A stretch of DNA of 64,000 nt, taken from positions 32,001 to 96,000 of IMG/VR virus record IMGVR_UViG_3300042868_010004. The stretch is one strand, 5' to 3'. The notes under the pieces are model-generated. The model did not search any database. It was not told the DNA's origin and saw only the letters and a program-made list of their open reading frames with translations. Each line of letters begins with the position of its first letter. Positions within the stretch are counted from its first letter, which is position 1. Of the stretch, positions 45,301 through 54,492 are shown one piece after another. The position numbers and the translations under genes were made by a program. This stretch comes from a virus.

Positions 45301-48300
45301 GGCGGGCGGCTTGGCAAGTATGGGGAATCCTTATATTGCTGCCGGTGCAGGTCTTGCAGGCGCGGGCATAGGCGCGACTAAAGCTATCAGTGGTGGAGAT
45401 GAAAGAGCCTTTAATAAAGCTGCCTCTGATTTCCAAAATCTAACTGCGAAAATTAACGAGAATAGAAACGGCGTTCAGCAATATATTGAAGCGCAGGCGA
45501 AACTTAATGATACGTTGAAAGAAGGTAAGGCTTCAACAGAGGATATTGAAAAACTAAATCAGAATCTCACCAACGTCTTCCGGACGATTGAAGATCAGGG
45601 TCTTCGTCGTGGCATTATTGCCGCCGCCGGAAATCTTGAACAGCTACAAAAAGTTTTTGCCGAATTTGAAAAGAATTCAATCTTCAAGGAAGCTGCTGAG
45701 TCAATCACCTTGCTTTCCACTTCCGCCAAGAATAATAAAACAGGGAGAAACGCCTTCGGTTTTGGTGGAGACTTCCTTACTCGCGATCTCTCTAAGATTG
45801 GAGAAAATCTTCTTACGGCAAATTCAGGCGACGAAAAGACTCGATCTGGCTTCCTGAGTCTGATCCAAGAGATTGATGAATTAGCTGCGTCAGGAAAATC
45901 TGAACAGGCGGCGGAAAAGCTAGCTAGAATTAATCCGGCCCTAGAAGGAATTGATAACTCATTTGATATTCGCACGATTACCGGCGCGGCTCTTGCATTC
46001 AACGATGTTTCTAAAGCCCTGAAATCCACACAGGAGGTCAACACGGAATACCTTGCCCAATTAGGAAAATACCAAAGGGAGTTCCTGAAACTATCTTCCG
46101 AATTAATCGAACAGCAACGCATCATCCAGCTTGAAGGCGAGTTACAAACCCGTCTGACCTTGGCTCGCGTGGGCGCAAATTTGGAGGATTCAACTTTTGG
46201 CACGACTGAGCGCTCGGCAATCGGGGCGCGATCCTCTTTCAGACAAGCCGAACTGGTGGGTCGTTTTAATGAACAGAGGTCCGAACTTGATTCCGGCCTG
46301 CGTGCCAATTTGCAGTCTTTCTTATCCGAGGTTCCGCAAACACTCTCCCGGCAATTTGCCAACCGCATCCAAAGTGGAAGTCCAAGACAGGTCTTGGATG
46401 AGATTCTTCAGGCGACAACCGGCTCGACAAGTGAACTTGGGAAGAAGCCGCAAGAGCAGATTGACAAATTAGAGCAGTTGCAAAAGACTTTTGACGGTCA
46501 ACTAACCGAACTCAACAAATCGACTCGCGAATCCCTTGAATTGGAGAGAATTTCAGCGGAGGCGGAAAAGCGTCGCGTTGACCGGCAGAATCGGATTGGT
46601 TTGCTTGGCGGAGCGAGTTTTAATCCGTTAGATTTTTCAGCAATACGGGCCGGTCGTGGGGCCGCAACTACCAGATTCCGTGGGGAGCAAATTCTTCGCG
46701 GGAATACCGCCGGACTGGATACCAATGCTATCCGCAATACAACGCAGTCTGCCCGTATCCTTGAAACGCAAGGCATTCTCTCTCGCTCTCAACTCTTACC
46801 CGGCCTTCCAACGAGTGACCGCGATATTGATACTGCCAGCAAGGCGTTTGAACAAAATCTTACCGACAATCTCAATCAGCTTGTCGCATCCTCTCTTCGC
46901 GGCCTCCTTTCGGATGAATCTCTTGGGCAGACTGGTTTGGTTTCGGGTCAGGATTTACGCGGGGGTCTGACTTCTCTACTCAGTCGTTCGGCGCGCGGTG
47001 GTCAAACCGACTTTTCTGGTGCCGCTAATTTTGTTCGCGCTCGCCTGCCCGATTTTGGTTCCGGCGGAGAACTTAAACGTCAATTGATTGAATTATTTGA
47101 GGAGGCGGCGAGAGATCAGGGGACATTGGGCGAGGCTGGGCGGGATCAAGCCAGAAGCCTCCTTCAGACGGATAAACAAAAAGAGGATTCCTTTATCCAG
47201 AGGCTTGTTTCGGGCTTCAAGGGTGAGGATATCGCTCGGAATACTTTTGATACGCAGGTCAGAATTGAAGAGCTAAAGAAAGTTTTTGAGGCTCAGGCGG
47301 CATTAACCGTAAAATCGGAAGCAGTATCCGCCAAACAAAGAGAACTGAATGAAATAAACGTTGCAAAAGCGGAAGCGCAGAGAGATATAGAGCGTCGCGT
47401 GGGCGGCAGCAGATTCGACTTTTCAAAAACTAGGGTTTTGACTGGCGGAAATACAATTCCGTTAGACGAACAACTAAAACTTGTCAGAGAAATTGTCTCT
47501 AAATTGGGACTTCCGGAATTTAAACCCGGTGATTCAACAACCCTGCCTGCTATCCGCAGCTTAACAAAAGGTATTGGTGAAAGTTCTACTTTGTCCGAGG
47601 CAAGGGATCGCATTTTGGGATCTCCCGAGTTGGAGCCAGCCGTTAGATTCATTTCCCAAGGGGCTAGAACCGACGAGGAAAGAGTCGCGGCGGTAGATAA
47701 ATTCCTTTTAGAGTTTTCTACCGCTGATGAAACCGTAAAAAATGCAAATTCTAGTCTCAGTCAGTTTAATACGCAAATTGGGGCCGTCACCACAGAGCTA
47801 AACAAATTGCGCGCAAGATTGGATATTGATACAAAAACATTTCAGGGGCAATTCGCCTCCCAACCACCTAATATTGTCAGTAATCGCCTATCTAACAGCG
47901 GCACCCTATCTGATACACAAAAAAGCGATTCCCGTAGGATTATTGGTGGATTTTCCGAAAATCTTCGAGGCGGAGCAAATGCGATTTCGGCTTTGCAATC
48001 TAATCGGGAGCAGCTTGGGAAGGTTAACGAAAGAATTCAAGGCGTGGTTCAGAGAACGGCTCAGTCTGGAACTCTTTCTCGTTCTGACGAGGCCCTTCTC
48101 GACGCTTTGCGACAGGATAGAAATGAATTGGCGGCAGTAATTAATGCACAGGAGGAATCTATAAAGAAAGGTGTTACCGAAATTGCAAATAAAACTGCCG
48201 AAGCAATGAAGGAGGCATTTGTTGACTTGCCGGACGCTCTGAATGCAACACTGACACAGAATTTGACTCTGGCTGGTCAGGTAATCCTCAGAGATGGAAA

Positions 48301-48451
48301 AGTAACAGCGGAAGAGGTTCAAGGCTTGAATGAGGCTTTCTTAAAATTCATTGAAGAGTATTACAGCAAAAAACTAAAAGAAAAAGCTGATGCTCAAACG
48401 AAAGAAAACGGCGGAATACCCACCCCTCCAACCCAGCGCCCAAAAGTCTAA
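42395..48451 (+). CDS. tape measure protein (2018 aa)
   Basis: N-terminal TP901-type core (ALELSRQGLSAEESLERLNNALILTRLSGLSAEDSV), long helical Ala/Gly/Leu-rich body, hydrophobic segments. Confidence 0.93.
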   Translation: MADAPFVFSSRLSTRSWERDVNAGFRRAQAGINRQKIGFNVDPSGLNKLSAPLGKLTTQAGEFNRSLEASNARVLAFGASVGIITALGRGFSALVRDAVEVQAVLADINTILKQSADGLSQYEAQIFSVARNTGRSFKETATAALELSRQGLSAEESLERLNNALILTRLSGLSAEDSVQSVTAAINSFSKEVLDSSIVVNKFSTVAAKFFVSEKDLAEAVRRVGSSAQDANVSFDELIAIVTAAQQTTARGGAVIGNSFKTIFTRLQRSSTLTELENLGVAVRDLEGNVLPAVEILKSLASQIDGLSQPQQAYISELTAGVFQINQLKAILGDLSGEYSFYKAALESSVGATNEAIKRNEELNKTYAAQFNAIKQSITQISSVLGRDLLGPLTQSLTAFFESAQDTFGIKEGEKVGSEFASGIVKGIGGVIGGPGLLVASAVILGLFVKLGKFALGALKTVSDLAGVIGKRKEIQAEVNRLVAEEPKLLSQILTGAKSVEEVEKRILALIRQKIIAQEQFNAVTLGVATRATPRVGQGTNLAQAGLGFSGGAFTSRPVGGTGRVPNFADPIKEAFDRERAAGIPANQIYVDSDPRVKGPGNPLGLLVANRRDEPLGGFQGVNRAIALGQDPKKSGMSGSNIPNFAAFDNLQMGGNFAPFNITSEQSRQFRSLFGKLTNSVSKLNRQLSFELGESIQKYGESINLTKESQEKVRSVLNQQFNRLVRLENQPRIIRSGGGRRATLEEFEATRQQFAGVSGLAGPNFTEGSIGVGRNREITKAFASRSIQEQRGINLQAASERVQSGRNLTSSQLKAISTESFIQALQSPSLAGLSKREIAVNPEARRELRRLAKAYRDEFGKALDSAQISSAADRAFTFSNFSLGSVFGTEKGDEKRFRRELGVKPGQKLSSEQQNTFFNRRMQTQQQRSSNVTNRAFLGSIAASFIAPQFADSSPITSGIFEGAGAGLAAGGLASMGNPYIAAGAGLAGAGIGATKAISGGDERAFNKAASDFQNLTAKINENRNGVQQYIEAQAKLNDTLKEGKASTEDIEKLNQNLTNVFRTIEDQGLRRGIIAAAGNLEQLQKVFAEFEKNSIFKEAAESITLLSTSAKNNKTGRNAFGFGGDFLTRDLSKIGENLLTANSGDEKTRSGFLSLIQEIDELAASGKSEQAAEKLARINPALEGIDNSFDIRTITGAALAFNDVSKALKSTQEVNTEYLAQLGKYQREFLKLSSELIEQQRIIQLEGELQTRLTLARVGANLEDSTFGTTERSAIGARSSFRQAELVGRFNEQRSELDSGLRANLQSFLSEVPQTLSRQFANRIQSGSPRQVLDEILQATTGSTSELGKKPQEQIDKLEQLQKTFDGQLTELNKSTRESLELERISAEAEKRRVDRQNRIGLLGGASFNPLDFSAIRAGRGAATTRFRGEQILRGNTAGLDTNAIRNTTQSARILETQGILSRSQLLPGLPTSDRDIDTASKAFEQNLTDNLNQLVASSLRGLLSDESLGQTGLVSGQDLRGGLTSLLSRSARGGQTDFSGAANFVRARLPDFGSGGELKRQLIELFEEAARDQGTLGEAGRDQARSLLQTDKQKEDSFIQRLVSGFKGEDIARNTFDTQVRIEELKKVFEAQAALTVKSEAVSAKQRELNEINVAKAEAQRDIERRVGGSRFDFSKTRVLTGGNTIPLDEQLKLVREIVSKLGLPEFKPGDSTTLPAIRSLTKGIGESSTLSEARDRILGSPELEPAVRFISQGARTDEERVAAVDKFLLEFSTADETVKNANSSLSQFNTQIGAVTTELNKLRARLDIDTKTFQGQFASQPPNIVSNRLSNSGTLSDTQKSDSRRIIGGFSENLRGGANAISALQSNREQLGKVNERIQGVVQRTAQSGTLSRSDEALLDALRQDRNELAAVINAQEESIKKGVTEIANKTAEAMKEAFVDLPDALNATLTQNLTLAGQVILRDGKVTAEEVQGLNEAFLKFIEEYYSKKLKEKADAQTKENGGIPTPPTQRPKV

Positions 48452-48492
48452 CTTAGACTGAATCAATTCTAATTCCGAAATAGTCTTCATTT

Positions 48493-50094
48493 ATGCTAAA
48501 TTTTCAGAACGCCCAAGTCCTCGCCCTCTCTCAGGAATCACAATTCTTGGGGTCGGTCTTCCGTTATTCAGTTCGGAGGGATCTAACGGTTGAAGGCACG
48601 TTGAATAATCTGGCGAACTTTAGCGGTGTATCTGGTATTCAATCGGAGATTTCCGGCTTTTTTAATTCCGATGAAGATTACCAAGAAATTCTGATTAATG
48701 GGTATTCATTTGGCAGAGGTCGGATTAATTCTATAAGCACGCCAGAAGGAAATGACGTTCAGATTAAACCTTATACGGTCAATTTGACTTGCTGGCTGTC
48801 TGGTGATTATACAACCCTGTTCGGCCCATATTATTCCGGACTGGCGATTTCTGGCATTCCGCCTGCCGATTTCTCCCGCCTGCAATCAATTTCGGAAAAT
48901 TTTGACTATACCCGTTCGGATAACACTTTCGGGTATGAGCACTCGGTTGACTTGCAATTTGTTTCCGGTTTTAACGCTCCCCACCCCATTCAATCCGCGA
49001 AGGCGCTCGCCCGCGTGCTGATTGATTCTAATACTCCTTTTGGCTTTCTAGTCACGGGAAATACCGCAATCGGGCGGAAGTTATACAGGGAGTCCTACGA
49101 CCTGATTTCAAACCAATGCTCTTTCACAGAGTCATACACCCGACCAATCAACGATTCGGGTATTATCTTTACGGCGACAACTTCCTTCAGTCGGGATGAA
49201 GCCGGAATTTCGACCATTACAGAAGATGGCTCTTTTGAATTGGCGACCCCGATTGACAATTACATTGAATTCAATCTTCCCGCACAAGAATTAAATACTT
49301 TTCTTCTGTCTGCCTATGATCGAGCGGAGGAAATGTTTCAGAAATATTCTGGGGAGAATACATATCCGCTATACACTGGCTATACATCCTTATCCCGGAC
49401 TCTAATCCCCCATGAATCAGCGGGGTCTTACAATATAAGTTTTACTAATAGCCCGACTCAGGTTTCCGGCGTCTCTTGGGAATACACGACCGAGATTAAT
49501 AAGAATGGTCGCTTCTATAATGTCGGGGAGAATGGATCAATTGTCGGTCACGGGAATCCTAAGCAGGGCTACCCGAAGGCTCTGAATTTTTACGCCGGGG
49601 TTAAGGCGGATGCGCCCGACAGAGTTGAAAGTTTTTATACGGGAGAAGTTCAAACTGCATACCCACTCTATCGTTTTTCGGAACAAAAGACTCTCTCTGA
49701 ATTTAACGGGCAGATTAATTACTCGCTGGCATTCACGGACGATCCCTCCTATGGGGCGACCAATCCCGTGATTAAGACAGAGGAAATCTCAGTTGAGGAT
49801 AGTTTACCGGTTCGAAAAATTAATACATTCAATATTTTTAACGCGAAAGAGATTGTTCAACCCCTGAATAATTCTACTCTCGGCAATCGCGCGGTTTCAA
49901 TCAATCTGGTCGGGCAGCTCGGAACGAATCTTGATCAATTCAAAGAGTATGCCAAAGAAAAGGCAAATGAATTCATTCCGTCTGGCGACGACACATTTCT
50001 AAATGCCTTGTCTTATTCCTACAATCCGAACGAGAAAAATTTCAGTCTGTCTGCCAGTTGGACTTTCTTCCGGGATGCCCGGCAAGCCCCTTAA
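48493..50094 (+). CDS. distal tail / tail-tip protein
   Basis: directly after the tape measure gene; beta-rich, Ser/Thr/Gly/Tyr-rich. Confidence 0.65.
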   Translation: MLNFQNAQVLALSQESQFLGSVFRYSVRRDLTVEGTLNNLANFSGVSGIQSEISGFFNSDEDYQEILINGYSFGRGRINSISTPEGNDVQIKPYTVNLTCWLSGDYTTLFGPYYSGLAISGIPPADFSRLQSISENFDYTRSDNTFGYEHSVDLQFVSGFNAPHPIQSAKALARVLIDSNTPFGFLVTGNTAIGRKLYRESYDLISNQCSFTESYTRPINDSGIIFTATTSFSRDEAGISTITEDGSFELATPIDNYIEFNLPAQELNTFLLSAYDRAEEMFQKYSGENTYPLYTGYTSLSRTLIPHESAGSYNISFTNSPTQVSGVSWEYTTEINKNGRFYNVGENGSIVGHGNPKQGYPKALNFYAGVKADAPDRVESFYTGEVQTAYPLYRFSEQKTLSEFNGQINYSLAFTDDPSYGATNPVIKTEEISVEDSLPVRKINTFNIFNAKEIVQPLNNSTLGNRAVSINLVGQLGTNLDQFKEYAKEKANEFIPSGDDTFLNALSYSYNPNEKNFSLSASWTFFRDARQAP

Positions 50095-50111
50095 TGGTGT
50101 AACTTCCCTAT

Positions 50112-52034
50112 ATGGCCCGCACCGAGATTAAATACAATGACTCATTTCCCTTCTCTGGCCAGCCTACGCCTTTCGTTGGCCGGGTAAAGAATAATATTGT
50201 TGCCGGAGAGAGATGGGGAGCGGAAGAAAATTGGACTTTGGCGGGGCAGTTAACGGGTTGCGATTTTGAAGATCTGACTGCGGCTCAACTCAATCTTATT
50301 AATTCTTTTGGTGAAGATTTTAAGAAATTAGAAATTTTTGAGCCAGATTTTTCAAAAGAAACCGTGATGGTTTCTGGACTGGAAGGTTTTCCATCTATTC
50401 TAAATGGTCTTTACACCAGGGTATCTTCTTTTAGATTCGAAAAAAATAACAACCCAAATACCGTAATTACACTAGAGTATGGGCCGCTTTGGACGATGGC
50501 CACTTTAGGGATGTTTGATATTGTCTATTACGAAGCAACGGCTATAAGTTCTTCTCCCGTGGGATTAACATATACCGGGGCTACTCTTCTATTGCCATTT
50601 GTAACAGCATATCAATCGTTTAACACAGTTACCAGTTTAGATTTTGTTAAAATTGATTCCATACAGTTCCAATCAAATAAATACGTTAAGATTCTACCTT
50701 ATACAATAAACCTGTCTTGCTATCCATCGGGTTACTTCACGGGGAATTTCGGCGTGCTTGACCCGACAAACCGTTGGGAATTAGTAGAGGGCCGCGACCG
50801 TTCTATCAATCTGACTCACACTCTGAGCGCGCGAGGATTCAACACTTCGGACAGTCAGACCGATGCCCTGCAAAATGCCAAGGATTGGGTTTTGGCGAGA
50901 ACCGGTTTTTCTGACTTTCCGACTCCCGAGTTCATAACAAAATATTCGGCAAGCGGTGTCTTACTGTCGCAAAATGAGACAATCAATCGACTGGAAGGCA
51001 TTTATGGAGTCACTGAAAGTTATGTATTAGATAGTCTGGACTCCTGTAATTACGGTTTCTTACGCTTTACGGTAGAAAATTCCGCCCCACAAGCAGGCTT
51101 CCAAACCGTTTCAATTAACGGATCAATTCAAGGGGGTTTGAATGAGGATTTCAGTCTTCTGAGAAATCGCTTGCAAGAATTTGATTTTTATTCGCAAGCC
51201 CTATACACTCTGGATAGTGGAATTAATCTCAATCCAACACCAATTAACAAGCAAGTTGTTGAGAACGAGTCGGCCCGCACTATTAATTTTTCTTATGCCT
51301 ATGATGACAATCAGAGAGCGGAGATTAATTATGATTATACACTGGTGATCAACTCTGGCGAATCAAACATTACGGTTGCCTTAAATGGGAATGTAAACGG
51401 AAGGGGCGAGCTGAAAAATCGGTATGAAAAGGCGGATTTGTATTTCAATACCTATCTAAAACCTTCAATCTTCGGTCTAGCTTACTCTGGTTACTCTGGC
51501 TATCTGGCGGAAAACGGCTATACGGGCACCCCCGTCTTGGACCACAATGAATTATCCTCTTCCGTCAGCAAGGACAAGTTCAATGGGGTCATCTCTTTTA
51601 ATTATGAATATTCGGACAAACCTACTCCGCCAAATACTGGTTTAGAATCATTTGATTTCTCTCTATCTTGGACCCCGCCAATTCGCCGCGTCTTAGCCGA
51701 GGAGTTAATCCATCAAAGCGGGTCGATCCTAAGTCCGAAATATGAGGTGACGGATTTAGGTTTTGTCAGCCGGGGTATTTTCAGCCTGAATGGTTCCGCC
51801 GTTCCGACTCGTGATTTTGCTATTACAAGCGGGGATGCCCTTCGGAGTGGGGTTGAAAATTCAATCCGGGCGATCTATTTCGGATATTTCACGGGCTTTT
51901 CTGGAGAATATCTGACGGAGTTCAGTATGGGGCAGACCAACCAAGGGTTGTATAACTTTAATATTGGGGCGACCTATGAGGGATTAGATGTGCTGAATGA
52001 CACAGGGAATTATACGGAGATTGTAAATTTATGA
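50112..52034 (+). CDS. tail-tip structural protein
   Basis: beta-rich, similar in character to the preceding ORF; GTGTAA 9 nt before the ATG. Confidence 0.65.
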   Translation: MARTEIKYNDSFPFSGQPTPFVGRVKNNIVAGERWGAEENWTLAGQLTGCDFEDLTAAQLNLINSFGEDFKKLEIFEPDFSKETVMVSGLEGFPSILNGLYTRVSSFRFEKNNNPNTVITLEYGPLWTMATLGMFDIVYYEATAISSSPVGLTYTGATLLLPFVTAYQSFNTVTSLDFVKIDSIQFQSNKYVKILPYTINLSCYPSGYFTGNFGVLDPTNRWELVEGRDRSINLTHTLSARGFNTSDSQTDALQNAKDWVLARTGFSDFPTPEFITKYSASGVLLSQNETINRLEGIYGVTESYVLDSLDSCNYGFLRFTVENSAPQAGFQTVSINGSIQGGLNEDFSLLRNRLQEFDFYSQALYTLDSGINLNPTPINKQVVENESARTINFSYAYDDNQRAEINYDYTLVINSGESNITVALNGNVNGRGELKNRYEKADLYFNTYLKPSIFGLAYSGYSGYLAENGYTGTPVLDHNELSSSVSKDKFNGVISFNYEYSDKPTPPNTGLESFDFSLSWTPPIRRVLAEELIHQSGSILSPKYEVTDLGFVSRGIFSLNGSAVPTRDFAITSGDALRSGVENSIRAIYFGYFTGFSGEYLTEFSMGQTNQGLYNFNIGATYEGLDVLNDTGNYTEIVNL

Positions 52035-52099
52035 GGCTATTAAGTTTCAGGTGTTTCCTGAGATTCTAAGGCTGACCGTTTTAGTGTAAACTTGTTTTT

Positions 52100-53215
52100 A
52101 TGGCAAATATTGTTTTCGCACCTCTTAATATTGGTGGGGCTGGTGGAATAGCGGGACCATTAGATGATAACGCTCAACTACCTTCCGAACAACTCCCTGA
52201 CGAAATCGACGCCCGTATCCAAGTCCTGAGCGGCACCGACGCCGCACTTGCCACAGAGCTTCTGGCCTTGGGCGAACTCGCCGCGCCTACAGATGGCGCA
52301 TGGATTCGCAAGGGCGATGGGGTGACGCCGGGCGGGGCTTTAGTGGGAAGGCCGGACCCGTCTTTTGCTTTTGATTACGCATACCGACGCGATGAGGCAA
52401 CGGCCGGTGATAATCTAGGCGGATCAGGCACGCCCGGATCAATTGGCAGCCTGCTACGTCCACAGCTTCGGATTGAGCGTGGCTCTGGTGGCGACAATTC
52501 GACTTCAGGAACGGGCAACGGTGGAAACCCCGGGACTATTTTGGCCGGGGTTAACCCCCTCGCGGTAATTGGTGGCAGCGGTGGCAATGCTTCCGGTAAT
52601 TTTAGCGGCGGAAACGGCGGCAACCTAACTACCAGCTCGGCCAATTTGGGGTATGTTCGAATTGTCACTGGCAACGGAGGAAACGCCGGAACTGGAGGCA
52701 ATGGCGGTAACGGCGGAGGCGGTGGGACCACAGTGGTCCCAATTAGCATTCGCGGGGGCAATGGCGGTAACGGCGGGACGGGAAGCGCTGGAGGCACGGG
52801 CGGTGCTATGAGAACCGCGTTAAGCTCAAATGGCGGTAACGGCGGTAATGGCGGTGCATCCGGTGAAACGGGCGGAGCCGGGGGTCTTGGCGGTTTCCTT
52901 TCGTTTAATGGAGGCAACGGAGCCACTGGGGCGGGCGGGGTGGCTGGCGGAAATGGCGGCGCGGCAGGGTCCATAAATTTGTCAGGCGCGAACGCTTCTG
53001 GCACGACGGCGGGGATGGATGGTGGTAGCATAGACCTAAGCGCCGGCCAGAACATCCTGACCATTCGCGGCACCGCCGGTCAGTTTGGCCACCGCGTCGC
53101 CGTGCCAGCTAACTCGGCGGCAGCGGGACTCGTCGGGCAGTGGGCGAGTGATGATAACTACATCTATTTCTACGGCGCAACCGGCTGGCGTCGAGTGGCG
53201 GGGGCGACCTTCTAA
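52100..53215 (+). CDS. Gly-rich fibre protein with an Mtd-N-like motif
   Basis: LALGELAAPTDGAWIRKGDGVT (Mtd-N-like), GGNGGNGG repeats, C-terminal PANSAAAGLVGQWASDDNYIYFY...WRRVA fibre motif; GC-rich. Confidence 0.8.
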   Translation: MANIVFAPLNIGGAGGIAGPLDDNAQLPSEQLPDEIDARIQVLSGTDAALATELLALGELAAPTDGAWIRKGDGVTPGGALVGRPDPSFAFDYAYRRDEATAGDNLGGSGTPGSIGSLLRPQLRIERGSGGDNSTSGTGNGGNPGTILAGVNPLAVIGGSGGNASGNFSGGNGGNLTTSSANLGYVRIVTGNGGNAGTGGNGGNGGGGGTTVVPISIRGGNGGNGGTGSAGGTGGAMRTALSSNGGNGGNGGASGETGGAGGLGGFLSFNGGNGATGAGGVAGGNGGAAGSINLSGANASGTTAGMDGGSIDLSAGQNILTIRGTAGQFGHRVAVPANSAAAGLVGQWASDDNYIYFYGATGWRRVAGATF

Positions 53216-53217
53216 CC

Positions 53218-54411
53218 ATGCGCTTTAACGCAGGCACAGTCGCAGACCCGGCCACGCGCCGAATCCGGTTCACCCAGCCGCTTTCGCTGACGAGCCTAAC
53301 CGCCGTTTTGGTTAACCGCGCAACGGGCGGGACGACGGAGAATGTTACTGATCGCGACGCGAATCTCCTTCGCACTACCGGCGGACGTGTGACGGATTAT
53401 CAGATGCGCCTTGAGTCATTTGGCGGCGTCGTGACCACGCCGGAGTGGGCAAGCAGCAACACCGACATAGCGACCGTCGATTCTGATGGCTACGTTTCCC
53501 ATGTTTCAAATGGCGACGTAACCATAACGGCATCGGCAGCAGGCCAGTCGGTGTCTGCCAGTTTAACTCTCAGCAGCACGACCGGCGCAACCACCGACGA
53601 CCTTATAAGCTATGTCTCCGGCTCTATGGCATTCAGCGTGTCGGACGCCGTTGACTCGCGCATCGCCGGAAGGTCGCCGAGCAACGCGCTGCGTATCTTC
53701 ACCACGCAGGACCACGTGGGCGGCGTCTATGTGCGCAATACGTCGTGTTGGGCGGCTGACTTGGACCTCACGCCGATTAGTCCTTGGAACAGTGTCGGAG
53801 CCAATACGCGGGCTGGAACACTCATCAGCCCGCGCCACGTCATTTTCGCCGCTCACTACCCGGCTGTTGCAGGCATGACGATTCGTTTCGTGCAGGCAGA
53901 TAACACGGTCGTTACTCGCACGGTTACTGCGGTTCGCACGCACCCCGATTACGTCCCCTACTTCCCCGACATTCAGGTTGGGGTGCTTAACTCCGACGTC
54001 CCGGCGGGAATCACGTTTGCGAAGGTGCTGCCCGTGTCGTGGGAGGACAAGATCGCGGCGCTTGGGTTTTCGCGCTCGCTCCCTGCGCTATGCCTCGATC
54101 AGGAGGAAAAGGCGCTAATTTCTGATTGGGGATACGGCGTCAGTCTGGCGAACTTCACATCACGCGGCTCATTGAACACCGCACAGCGCGCCCTTTTCTA
54201 CGAATCCAAGATCGGCGGCGACTCAGGCAACCCCGCGTTCCTGATCGTAAACGACCAACTGGTTTTGCTCACCGTCTGGACATACGGTGGCGCGGGCTCC
54301 GGCACGTTCACCACGCCGCAAATCGCCGCGATCAACGCCATGATGACCACTCTCGGCGGTGGATACCAACTCACCGAAATTGACTTATCTGGATTCCCTA
54401 CATACACCTAA
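53218..54411 (+). CDS. Big_2 Ig-like domain + trypsin-like serine protease, putative virion protein
   Basis: WASSNTDIATVDSDGYVSHVSNGDVTITAS (Big_2); GTLISPRHVIFAAHY (His), PDIQVGVL (Asp), GGDSGNP (Ser). Confidence 0.88.
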   Translation: MRFNAGTVADPATRRIRFTQPLSLTSLTAVLVNRATGGTTENVTDRDANLLRTTGGRVTDYQMRLESFGGVVTTPEWASSNTDIATVDSDGYVSHVSNGDVTITASAAGQSVSASLTLSSTTGATTDDLISYVSGSMAFSVSDAVDSRIAGRSPSNALRIFTTQDHVGGVYVRNTSCWAADLDLTPISPWNSVGANTRAGTLISPRHVIFAAHYPAVAGMTIRFVQADNTVVTRTVTAVRTHPDYVPYFPDIQVGVLNSDVPAGITFAKVLPVSWEDKIAALGFSRSLPALCLDQEEKALISDWGYGVSLANFTSRGSLNTAQRALFYESKIGGDSGNPAFLIVNDQLVLLTVWTYGGAGSGTFTTPQIAAINAMMTTLGGGYQLTEIDLSGFPTYT

Positions 54412-54455
54412 AACGGATTTCCACTCGGTTCCGTATTCCATTAAAACCCAAAAAA

Positions 54456-54482
54456 GTGTAAACTCCTAACTAAGGTTTAAGG
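54456..54482 (+). promoter_or_regulatory. GTGTAA box plus AGGTTTAAGG leader motif
   Basis: GTGTAA 54456-54461, AGGTTTAAGG 54473-54482. Confidence 0.6.
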
Positions 54483-54492
54483 GGTTTTACTA

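Noticed and set aside
52375-53073. Pro-rich 232-aa minus-strand ORF
   Set aside because: Mirror of the GGN Gly codons of the fibre gene.
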